Shown here: piece after piece, positions 7,064 through 15,114 of the stretch
How the letters are laid out: each line of letters begins with the position of its first letter
Numbering within the stretch: the stretch's first letter is position 1
The notes under the pieces: model-generated
The model's input: the letters and a program-made list of their open reading frames with translations, nothing else
Database searches by the model: none
What the model was told of the DNA's origin: nothing
Translations under genes and position numbers: made by a program
NCBI GenBank assembly: GCA_000008085.1
Contig: AE017199.1
Location: forward strand, 90,001-122,000
Direction of reading: 5' to 3'
Length of the DNA: 32,000 nt
Source: Nanoarchaeum equitans Kin4-M
Lineage (GTDB): Archaea > Nanobdellota > Nanobdellia > Nanobdellales > Nanoarchaeaceae

Positions 7064-8040
7064 ATTCTTATTTTGTTAGGTAACTCTTCAAAAACTTGTT
7101 TAGGGTCTTTATCTATCTCTACTCTTGGGACAGGTAAAAATTTTTTGTAATTACCTGCTGCTATTACTAAGGATTTGTTCCTTTTTGGAAACACCCCTAT
7201 TATTGTTTTACCAGTTTCTTTATGGATTATTTCTATTGCTCTTTCTAAACCAATGTTGTGCTCTTTAAATAAAGCAAATATAGTATTATGTTTTTCTATT
7301 CTCTCTATTTTGCCTTCGAAAAACTCTTTTAGAATAGAGGAAACCTTTTCCAAATAATTATTCAAATATTGGGTAGCTATGTCTAAGGATCTTTGCCTTT
7401 TCATTAACAAACCAAAAGCATAATGGTATTCCTTTTTTTCTATTAAAGCATCTAAGGCCAAATCTAATAAAATCAAATCATCAAAAAGGTTTTCCCCCAA
7501 CAAATAATGGTCCATTAACACGTTTTCTGCATCTTTTATTAATTCTAGATCCATCCTTCTTAGAATTATGTTTGTTACTAGTTTATCCTTATCTTTGTCG
7601 CTTAGATCACTAAATTTTATCCATGCTTTTTGAGGATCTAAATTAGACTCTCTTAAAAATTTCTTTACCCCTCTACTATCTGCAGTAACCCCTGGGATAT
7701 AAATAAAAAAGCTTTGTTCTAGCGATTTTATTAAAGGCCTAGTAAATATACCAGGGATAGCCAATCCCTTTTTGGGCTCTACCCCTTGTTTAGTAAGCAA
7801 AAATATTAGATCTTTTCTTTTATTTAAAGCATATTTATTATGAAATTCCAAAGCTTGTTTTATACTGAATTTCCTACCGTTTACCATAAACTCATCGGAA
7901 AACGATATTTTTACATAGAATTTTCTTTCATATAAAGGGTAAACTAATAATGCTAAAGCAATAAGGTTTTCCTTTGTGGGTTTTACTTTTATATCGGCTT
8001 TTTTTGTCTCTTCTATTTCGGAAAAAAGATTATCTATCAC
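7060..8040 (-). CDS. Hypothetical protein (326 aa)
   Basis: Long ORF locked by 4-nt overlaps between rps6e and hisS on the same strand. No motif I recognise. The opposite-strand ORFs are short and low-complexity. Confidence 0.6.
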   Translation of the reverse strand: MIDNLFSEIEETKKADIKVKPTKENLIALALLVYPLYERKFYVKISFSDEFMVNGRKFSIKQALEFHNKYALNKRKDLIFLLTKQGVEPKKGLAIPGIFTRPLIKSLEQSFFIYIPGVTADSRGVKKFLRESNLDPQKAWIKFSDLSDKDKDKLVTNIILRRMDLELIKDAENVLMDHYLLGENLFDDLILLDLALDALIEKKEYHYAFGLLMKRQRSLDIATQYLNNYLEKVSSILKEFFEGKIERIEKHNTIFALFKEHNIGLERAIEIIHKETGKTIIGVFPKRNKSLVIAAGNYKKFLPVPRVEIDKDPKQVFEELPNKIRI

Positions 8041-8417
8041 TGCTTGTTAGATTTGAATTCGTTATATATTTCTTCGAAAGGCTTTTCCCCATATTTTACT
8101 ATAACTGTGTTTACTTGTACAATCTCATCGCTTATCGTATTGCCGTATACTGTTTTTTTAACCCTCATTCTTTTGTCCACCCACCACCAAATTTTTTTCC
8201 TTACTGCGCCTTCAACTTCTTTTCTCATAGGAAATCCAGCGATATCGCTACCCCCAGTTATTTTTAATTCATATCCATCTAAACCTATTTTAGAACCATC
8301 AATTGTATCGCCAATTTTTTTGCCATATAGCCATTGGGGTTCTTTAGTTTCTATTTGTATTGCTTTCCCACTTTTAGGATCACTTACTACTATTTTAACT
8401 ACAGATGCTTTTGGCAT
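8037..8417 (-). CDS. rps6e: Ribosomal protein eS6 (S6e)
   Basis: KIVVSDPKSGKAIQIE...GYELKITGGSDIAGFPMR is typical S6e. A TATA box lies 20 nt upstream of the ATG. Confidence 0.9.
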   Translation of the reverse strand: MPKASVVKIVVSDPKSGKAIQIETKEPQWLYGKKIGDTIDGSKIGLDGYELKITGGSDIAGFPMRKEVEGAVRKKIWWWVDKRMRVKKTVYGNTISDEIVQVNTVIVKYGEKPFEEIYNEFKSNKQ

Positions 8418-8436
8418 TTGCTTTCAATTAATATAC

Positions 8437-8444
8437 CTTTAAAG
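8437..8444. promoter_or_regulatory. Palindromic bidirectional TATA box (CTTTAAAG)
   Basis: A perfect 8-bp palindrome. Its edge is 20 nt from the rps6e ATG (8417, - strand) and 21 nt from an ATG at 8465 (+ strand). Confidence 0.5.
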
Positions 8445-8464
8445 AGGTACTTATAGAGAAAACA

Positions 8465-8599
8465 ATGATACCTTATATTCTATATATAGTTCCTATATTG
8501 CTAGGGATAGTCTTTTCTTTATATGAAGTACTGCCATTAATTAGTTCCCCTTACTCGGACCCTTTGTTTATACAGTTTGTTCTTCCAGCACTAGAATAA
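8465..8599 (+). CDS. Small hydrophobic protein, 44 aa (absent from the ORF track)
   Basis: ATG 8465 to TAA 8597-8599 encodes MIPYILYIVPILLGIVFSLYEVLPLISSPYSDPLFIQFVLPALE. It has one predicted TM helix. The start sits at the canonical 21-nt distance from the palindromic TATA box shared with rps6e. Confidence 0.35.
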   Translation: MIPYILYIVPILLGIVFSLYEVLPLISSPYSDPLFIQFVLPALE

Positions 8600-8706
8600 G
8601 TGGGAGCTTAGCTGATTTATTAAGTGTTGGAGAGAAAAAAATAGGTTTTACTTTTAACCCTTCAGAATATTGCTTCCAAAAAGTATACTTAATTCCAGAA
8701 TTTGAT

Positions 8707-9819
8707 TTGGAAACAAAGAGAGCATGTGATTTAATAAAAAAATACGATTCTCGTTTATACAATTATTTCGAATCAGAATACGGCCCTTGTAGTAATAAAA
8801 AAGAATGGGCCGAACTATATGTTAGTTTAGTATTGGCCCAACTATCAGCTTTGTGCTACAAATATTACTATGGAACCCATCCTGAAGATAAATTCCATTA
8901 CAATGTTTTCCCATGCTTTTATGTTTATATCGATGGCAAATATAATGTAAAAGAATACGAAATAACACTATTACAAATTTTGAAAGGCTATTATTTTAAT
9001 TATATAGTAAAATCAGAAGGAGATCTTGCTAGTAGTTTATACAAATTCGTATCTAAATTTGTAAACATAAAAAAAATTGACAATAAAATATTGATTAATA
9101 ACAAATTCGAGAAAAAGGATATTGTTTATTATGATGCTAGCAATGATAAGGACGAAATAAATATTAACAACAATGGAATCTTAATAGCATATGTTGATGG
9201 GCTTGAAAGTTATTCCATAAGCGAAACCCCCTCGATATTAATGGGTTTAACTGGATCTATCATTATAGAAGCTGCTATAGATTCTATCACTTTTAAGGGT
9301 AGTTCTATATTTAAAGCTGCATACAAAAGATTGAAAGACCTTGGAGAAGAAGAGGCTAAGAGGGTTATAAAAATGTTTTTCAAATCTTTAAATAAAGTAA
9401 CAAAAGAGTTGAGAACTAAATATATATACTCTATTTTAGATTCTATTATGGATACGGAAACCTATAGAGGTTATTTGAAAAAGATAAGAGAAAAAGCTTT
9501 AGAATTTAATCCCATGGGTACAGTAATTGTTGCAAGTTTGCCTAATATAAATATAGATATGTCTCAAATTTTATCCAACTATATAAGCGAATCTAAAGAT
9601 GTAACAAAAAATACTATTACTTTAGAATTGAAACCAGGTATTAATCTAAGGCTTTGCTATTGTAATCAAAATGGTTGTTTAGTAGGTAATTCCGAATCGC
9701 TAAAATTTAAATGCGAAGGAGAAATGATATATGGTTTATGCGATAGCGAACCAGGGGAATATATTGTTGCACCAATTATATATTACAAAAAAATAAACTG
9801 CGATGAGGGTAAAAGTTAA
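8707..9819 (+). CDS. Hypothetical protein (370 aa), TTG start
   Basis: Long ORF with no in-frame ATG near the 5' end; TTG 8707 is the first start-like codon after the in-frame stop at 8656. The C-terminus has a Cys cluster (CYCNQNGC...C...C...C). No family recognised. Confidence 0.55.
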   Translation: METKRACDLIKKYDSRLYNYFESEYGPCSNKKEWAELYVSLVLAQLSALCYKYYYGTHPEDKFHYNVFPCFYVYIDGKYNVKEYEITLLQILKGYYFNYIVKSEGDLASSLYKFVSKFVNIKKIDNKILINNKFEKKDIVYYDASNDKDEININNNGILIAYVDGLESYSISETPSILMGLTGSIIIEAAIDSITFKGSSIFKAAYKRLKDLGEEEAKRVIKMFFKSLNKVTKELRTKYIYSILDSIMDTETYRGYLKKIREKALEFNPMGTVIVASLPNINIDMSQILSNYISESKDVTKNTITLELKPGINLRLCYCNQNGCLVGNSESLKFKCEGEMIYGLCDSEPGEYIVAPIIYYKKINCDEGKS

Positions 9820-10720
9820 AGATGATAAAGTACAACTATATATAGAGGATTACGAGGATCTAGTTGATTTGTTTTTGACAATAGAAAAAGGCGATATTAT
9901 TTGTGCTAAAGTCCCTATAGTTATAAAAAAAGAGTATGAAAAAGAGAAAACCGTTAAATATGTCTGTATAGAGGTTGAAGAGTTAAAATTAGATCCTTAT
10001 TATGGATTAAGGATTTATGGTAGAATAGTTAAAGGCGACAAAGATGTTCCTTTAACTAAAATGTCCATAAATTTAAATGTTGGTAAAACTATAGAAACCC
10101 AATATAATGAAAAATGGTTAAAATTTAAACCAAAAAATGTTGTATATGTTTTGTGTGTTGACGATGAAAAGGGAGTATTAGCGGAAATATATAGAAACAA
10201 ATATAAAATAATAAAAGAGTATTATAGAGAAGGCGAATTAAGTGATTTTATAGATCAAATACTAAAAGACATAAAAGAGAACACAATAGTATGCGGGCCA
10301 AACTTTATTAGAGATATTATCTCTTCGAAAGCGAATGTGCCATCAATCTATGCTTCCTATGGGGGAGAAGAAGGAATTAGAGAACTATTGAAAAACAAGG
10401 AATTCTTTAATTTGATAAAAGATGAAATAGAGAAACAAAAAATAGAGAAATTGGAAAAAGCGTTCCAGCTATTATATAAAGGGCAAATCTCTATTGGAGA
10501 AGAAGCCATAGAGGACATAAAAATTGGGAATGTAGAAGAGGTTTATGTCCATAGGGATTATTTAAAAAGGCTTAAAGAGAGAAAAGAAGAAGATCTATTA
10601 AATACAATCCTGGTTTTGCCCAAAAAATATAACGCCAAAATCTATATAATAGAGGGCGATAGTGATTTGGCAAAACAATTGTATTTTCTAAAAGTCATTG
10701 TGAAGAAAAGATGGTTTTAA
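9803..10720 (+). CDS. pelA: Pelota (Dom34)-like mRNA surveillance / ribosome rescue factor
   Basis: N-terminal pattern (IEDYEDLVDLFLTIEKGDIICAK), a central domain and an eRF1-like C-terminal domain layout. At 305 aa it is somewhat shorter than typical Pelota. Confidence 0.65.
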   Translation: MRVKVKDDKVQLYIEDYEDLVDLFLTIEKGDIICAKVPIVIKKEYEKEKTVKYVCIEVEELKLDPYYGLRIYGRIVKGDKDVPLTKMSINLNVGKTIETQYNEKWLKFKPKNVVYVLCVDDEKGVLAEIYRNKYKIIKEYYREGELSDFIDQILKDIKENTIVCGPNFIRDIISSKANVPSIYASYGGEEGIRELLKNKEFFNLIKDEIEKQKIEKLEKAFQLLYKGQISIGEEAIEDIKIGNVEEVYVHRDYLKRLKERKEEDLLNTILVLPKKYNAKIYIIEGDSDLAKQLYFLKVIVKKRWF

Positions 10721-11753
10721 TTATATAATAGGGAGCGTTAGTTCTTATACCATTTTCGCTAAAATGTGTTCTCTCTACTTTATAACCCAATTCCTTTAGT
10801 TTTTCCATTATTTTATCCATAGGAGGAATGTTAGTTTTTAAGGCCTTAGCTATAGATGGCAATTCATAATAATAGGGTTTATCTATTTCGGATTCTTCGT
10901 TAATTCTTTCTATTATTTTGTTTGATTGCTTATTGAAATAATCCCTTTTATCTAATTTTATTGCCCATAGCTTTCCCAAATATAAGGGACCTATTCTAAA
11001 CATTTTTCTTTTACAATAGGGACATACGCTTTCGCTTTCCGATATATAATAGCATTTAGGGCAATAATATAAATAACCTATTTGAGATTTCAGTTTTTCT
11101 ATTCTATTTGATCCTTTTCTTTTAAGCATGTATACCCTATAATAATGGTAAGCGCTATGCGCATAAATTGGAATTAAAGCTCTCTCGATTTCGGCGCCTT
11201 TGTTTATTAGATGGGCCACCAACCCTCTTACTCCAATTTCGTGTTTGATTGGGGTTTTTATTACATTAAAATTGTATCTTATGTAGGCTTTCCTATGCTT
11301 TTCCCCGGTCCAAACTGCTGTGTCTGTATAGGTTATAGCCAAATATTTAGAAGTATTGTTTATTAAATACAAATAAGGAGTTGCAGAGCCGAATGGATCT
11401 ATATCTATATATTCATATTTTTGCTCTATCGCTCTAGCATCTAAATTAGAAATAATTATCTTTCCTTCTTTTATATTGTTTAATTCCAAATTCTTTTTTA
11501 TATATTCGATAGCGATTGGATTTATATCATTAAAATGCACTTCCCTTATATTTGATTCTAAATAGTATCTAATCCCCCTAATACCGCTAGCGCTCATTGG
11601 GTCTAAAACATTTTTTATCCCTAATTTGCTAGCTACTTCTACCGCTATATCTCTTCCTATAGAAGACAATGGATTATAAAATACGGGCATCTCTTTCGAT
11701 ATATTATTATAATCGGGAATCTCTATTTTTGCTAGCCCTTCTTTTATAATCAT
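10695..11753 (-). CDS. trm1: tRNA (guanine26-N2)-dimethyltransferase Trm1
   Basis: EGLAKIEIP...VFYNP...RDIAV, SAM motif DPMSASGIRGIRY, DIDPFGS, and a Zn-ribbon (CPKC...CPYC). Confidence 0.9.
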   Translation of the reverse strand: MIIKEGLAKIEIPDYNNISKEMPVFYNPLSSIGRDIAVEVASKLGIKNVLDPMSASGIRGIRYYLESNIREVHFNDINPIAIEYIKKNLELNNIKEGKIIISNLDARAIEQKYEYIDIDPFGSATPYLYLINNTSKYLAITYTDTAVWTGEKHRKAYIRYNFNVIKTPIKHEIGVRGLVAHLINKGAEIERALIPIYAHSAYHYYRVYMLKRKGSNRIEKLKSQIGYLYYCPKCYYISESESVCPYCKRKMFRIGPLYLGKLWAIKLDKRDYFNKQSNKIIERINEESEIDKPYYYELPSIAKALKTNIPPMDKIMEKLKELGYKVERTHFSENGIRTNAPYYIIKTIFSSQ

Positions 11754-13012
11754 ATGCTAAAACTTGTAAGTGCAATAATTAAATGTGTTTTGTCTTTGGT
11801 ATAATTATAATATTCCAAATTCGTATATCCCCATAAAGAGAAATGCTTTTGATAGTATGGTAATACTGATAACAATTTTTTATCTGAAACATTATAGGTT
11901 AGTAAAACAGTTGCATATACCTTAAACAAAGTTTTCTCCACATCATAATAACAGGTTAGCTTATTGATTTTTGTCTCAAAAGGATAGTATATATAATAAG
12001 TGGAAAGATCCATGTTTGGACAATAATTCTTTATACCAGTAGTATTGCCAACAAATTTTAACCAACCTTTTACTGTTTGTAAACGCCAATAGGAATAACT
12101 GGTATTATTTATGTTTTGCTCTGCATCTTTTAATCTATCTAAAGCCATTCCTAATGCTTCAGCATCATATATTGTTAATACCTTATTCTTGATTTTTTCT
12201 ATTTTTTTCTTTATTTCTCTTATTTCTTCAGCAATTTCCAATTTTGTATGGTTTTTATCGTATTTGTAATTAGCTATAAAGCAAAAAGATGCCGCGCTAT
12301 AGTAATGGCCTTTCTTAATTGCTTCTAAAGCTTTTTGGAATTCCTTTGAATTTGGTGCTATGCTTTCAGTTTTATTACAAAGTTCTAAAGTTATTTCTCT
12401 CATAATTTTGTTATACCATTCGGGGATTTTCAGTTTATGCTTTTTCGCCAAATCTCTTTTTGTTATAAATTTATACACTTCGAAAACATTGTTAAAATAT
12501 AAGCCTTTCTTAAAGTTCTCGTTTCCATGAATAAGGGTTTTATTATTTTTTAATACTGCTTCATATTTTTTATCAATACCAGAAACTGCTCCAATAATAC
12601 CAAAAGGCAATATTACTCCGGTAAAAACATAATTTCTTACATCGAAATGCGGAGCAGTTATCAATAATAGTTTGCCTATAGTTAAAGCTAACCCTGCAGA
12701 GCTACCAGAAGAATAATAGCTATTGCTTTCAAAACTAATTTTGTATTGGTATATATTTTCTATTCCTATACTTTTAATAAATTCATCGGACATTTTTATC
12801 GAATATTGGAAATTGTTATCTATATAGGAGTTTAAGTTAACATAATTGCCTTGTCCAATAGTTGCTTCTATTTTTATTGGTACTATTTCTGCACTATTGT
12901 TTGTTATTGCCACAGCATTTATTTCTATATACCTATGGGTTTGGAATAGTATAAAAGACATTAGCAATAAACTAGAGATAGAGGCATAAATTAGAATATC
13001 TTTTGAATTCAT
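11750..13012 (-). CDS. Membrane-anchored Lon-like (S16-type, COG1750-like) serine protease domain protein
   Basis: N-terminal TM helix, then AVA...IVPIKIEATIGQGNYV and SSGSSAGLALTIG (Lon GxSAG catalytic Ser motif). FTGVILPFGIIGAVSGIDKK carries the candidate catalytic Lys. The helical C-terminal half is of unknown function. Confidence 0.6.
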   Translation of the reverse strand: MNSKDILIYASISSLLLMSFILFQTHRYIEINAVAITNNSAEIVPIKIEATIGQGNYVNLNSYIDNNFQYSIKMSDEFIKSIGIENIYQYKISFESNSYYSSGSSAGLALTIGKLLLITAPHFDVRNYVFTGVILPFGIIGAVSGIDKKYEAVLKNNKTLIHGNENFKKGLYFNNVFEVYKFITKRDLAKKHKLKIPEWYNKIMREITLELCNKTESIAPNSKEFQKALEAIKKGHYYSAASFCFIANYKYDKNHTKLEIAEEIREIKKKIEKIKNKVLTIYDAEALGMALDRLKDAEQNINNTSYSYWRLQTVKGWLKFVGNTTGIKNYCPNMDLSTYYIYYPFETKINKLTCYYDVEKTLFKVYATVLLTYNVSDKKLLSVLPYYQKHFSLWGYTNLEYYNYTKDKTHLIIALTSFSI

Positions 13013-13665
13013 AATTTTTTATACAAATCGAAAGCTAGATCTATTAACTCTTCTATCTCATTTTCATCGAAGCTACCATAGTCTTTTTGTATGCTAACAA
13101 TGTTTTCCCCATCTATTGCGATACTAATTTTGGCATTGCTAATTTGTTCTTCTTCTTTTGTTGGGTCTACAAATATTATGTTTTTGTATTTGTAAAAGCT
13201 TATATATAGGGGTTTTCTCTCTAATAGGTTAGCTTTTTCCAATAGTTTTACTACTGCTAACATTGATGCGTCTAAAATATTGCCATCGTCTTCTAAAACG
13301 ATAACATCAATATAGAAAGATTTTACTTTGTTTTCATCAATAACATGTTTTTCTAAGGCTATAGCATTAGAGCTTCTTAATGCCCTATCTATTAATCGAG
13401 CCAATATTAAATCTTGTTCTGTCGGAGGGCCTTGGAAATATTCTTTCCCCGCAATAGGAGAGAAATCAGCATTAACTATTAGATTGGCTTTACCCTTTTC
13501 CATAGGCTCTTCTTCACTAATAGATAGGCCTGCAATAACTTGGGTATTGCCTAAAGAAAGCCATACCCTATTTTGGTCTTCTTTTATTTTTATGGGCCTA
13601 TATTCTAATAAAGGTCTATTATCTATATGGAAACCATCCATTAGTTTTTGCTCTATATAATGCAT
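13009..13665 (-). CDS. rrp42: Exosome RNase PH-like subunit, Rrp42-like
   Basis: HIDNRPLLEYRPIKI (cf. R-x-DGR-x4-R), LGNTQVIAG, NLIVNADFSPIAGKEYFQGPPTEQDLILARLIDRALRSS and DDGNILDA. At 218 aa it is short for the family. Confidence 0.7.
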   Translation of the reverse strand: MHYIEQKLMDGFHIDNRPLLEYRPIKIKEDQNRVWLSLGNTQVIAGLSISEEEPMEKGKANLIVNADFSPIAGKEYFQGPPTEQDLILARLIDRALRSSNAIALEKHVIDENKVKSFYIDVIVLEDDGNILDASMLAVVKLLEKANLLERKPLYISFYKYKNIIFVDPTKEEEQISNAKISIAIDGENIVSIQKDYGSFDENEIEELIDLAFDLYKKL

Positions 13666-13684
13666 TCATCTCTAAAACTAAATA

Positions 13685-13692
13685 ATTTAAAT
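13685..13692 (-). promoter_or_regulatory. TATA box for rrp42 (ATTTAAAT palindrome)
   Basis: Its edge is 20 nt from the rrp42 ATG (13665). The box contains the first base of the stop codon of the upstream DRG gene (13692-13694). Confidence 0.5.
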
Positions 13693-14675
13693 TATTTTGT
13701 GTATATTATTACTCTATCGTAATGCTCTAATCTATGGTCTAACCCAACTCTTTGGCCTTGGTGTTTGACGCTTTTGCCCCAAACCCTCGCAAATCTAAAG
13801 TTTTTTAGCATATCTTTATGTATTCGTTCGACTAAATCTTTTACTGTAGAGCCTTTATCTAATACTAAACCATTCTCTGTATCTTTAGTGAAAACCAAAA
13901 TTTTGTTAGCCCTTTTAATTATTTCTTCCCCGATATTATCTATTTTCTCTTTAGTTAAATCTATATAAGGTTTATGAGATGAACCTTCCAAATAATCAAT
14001 TAAATCTGAGATAGTTGCTTCTTTGTATGCTATTACAGTTGCATTGTATATCCCATAGTTTTTTAGAATTTCACTTACTATTTCTTTTGTAGCTTTTAAT
14101 GGACCCATAATTTTTATTCCTCCTGTGGGTTCTTTTATTATTTTGATTTTGTTTTCTTTTTCTCCTAATTTTATGCCCATCTTTTCTAAAAACCGCTTTC
14201 CTTCTTCGTCAAACAATATAATAAGATCAGCATTTTTCAACAAATAGCTATACTCTTTAGGAAAATGGCTTGGATATTCTATTAGTTGGATTTTTGCACC
14301 TTTGTAATTGTATATAACGCTAATTGGTTGGACTGTTTCATATGGCAATTCTGTTGAAGGAAAATCAGTATTAACTAATTGGTTTATAAAATATGTTTTC
14401 CCACTATTGGGCCCCCCAACTAATACAACCATTATGTCACCTTCTTTGGAGATACCTTTCTTTGATAATTTTTTAGCTTCCTCTTTCTTTTTTTCAATCT
14501 CTTGCCTAGTTTTGGATATCTCTTTTTTAAGTAAAGCTAATAGCTTTTCTGTACCTTTGTGTTTTGGACATAGATATAGAGCTTCGTATAGATATTTTAG
14601 CCTTTCCTCTAAAGTTTTGGCAGCTTTAGCTTTTTCCCAAGCTTTTATAAATTCTGGTGTTAGATTAGCTGGCAT
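13692..14675 (-). CDS. DRG/Rbg-family GTPase with a C-terminal TGS domain (atypical G3/G4 motifs)
   Basis: P-loop GGPNSGKT and DRG-type layout, with a C-terminal TGS-like segment (GSTVKDLVERIHKDM...FARVWG...GQRVGLDHRLEHYDRVIIY). G3 reads EYPS instead of DxPG. G4 reads EKID instead of NKxD. Confidence 0.8.
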   Translation of the reverse strand: MPANLTPEFIKAWEKAKAAKTLEERLKYLYEALYLCPKHKGTEKLLALLKKEISKTRQEIEKKKEEAKKLSKKGISKEGDIMVVLVGGPNSGKTYFINQLVNTDFPSTELPYETVQPISVIYNYKGAKIQLIEYPSHFPKEYSYLLKNADLIILFDEEGKRFLEKMGIKLGEKENKIKIIKEPTGGIKIMGPLKATKEIVSEILKNYGIYNATVIAYKEATISDLIDYLEGSSHKPYIDLTKEKIDNIGEEIIKRANKILVFTKDTENGLVLDKGSTVKDLVERIHKDMLKNFRFARVWGKSVKHQGQRVGLDHRLEHYDRVIIYTK

Positions 14676-15105
14676 TTAGCTTTTCTTCCAAATGTTTAAT
14701 TATTTCGTCCCTTTTCATATAACCGGGAAAGCTTATTCTTATATATAATACATCTCCTCCTTCTGTGGGGATTAGTTTGTCTTTTCTTAAGAAATAGTCT
14801 TTATCAAACCTTAAATACAATACATTATTCTCCCATCTAAGTTTTATGTAGTCTAAAAATTCTTTTTTATCCTCAATCCTTTTAATTATTTCTTCCAAAA
14901 TTTTCTTTATTACTTTGTTTTTGCTAGTTTTGATTTCTAAAGTATATAATTTATCTGATACCAACCCAGTGCTAGATCTTATCTCTATTAAAGGTTTATC
15001 CTTTTTGTCTAATTCTTTTATGAATCGATTTAGTGATTCTTTTAATTCTTCCAAATCATCCCAGTCATAGCCTATAATTCTTATTATTATGTTTTCATAT
15101 TTCAT
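14665..15105 (-). CDS. Hypothetical protein (146 aa)
   Basis: ORF locked between the HD and DRG genes on the same strand, with an 11-nt overlap downstream. Lys/Glu-rich, and no motif I can name with confidence. Confidence 0.5.
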   Translation of the reverse strand: MKYENIIIRIIGYDWDDLEELKESLNRFIKELDKKDKPLIEIRSSTGLVSDKLYTLEIKTSKNKVIKKILEEIIKRIEDKKEFLDYIKLRWENNVLYLRFDKDYFLRKDKLIPTEGGDVLYIRISFPGYMKRDEIIKHLEEKLNAS

Positions 15106-15114
15106 TATAGGGCT

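Noticed and set aside
8568-8762. Minus-strand 64-aa ORF in the rps6e to 8707 gap
   Set aside because: It has no promoter box at the right distance and overlaps both the better-supported 44-aa plus-strand ORF and the 5' end of the 8707 gene. Its composition looks like an antisense artefact.
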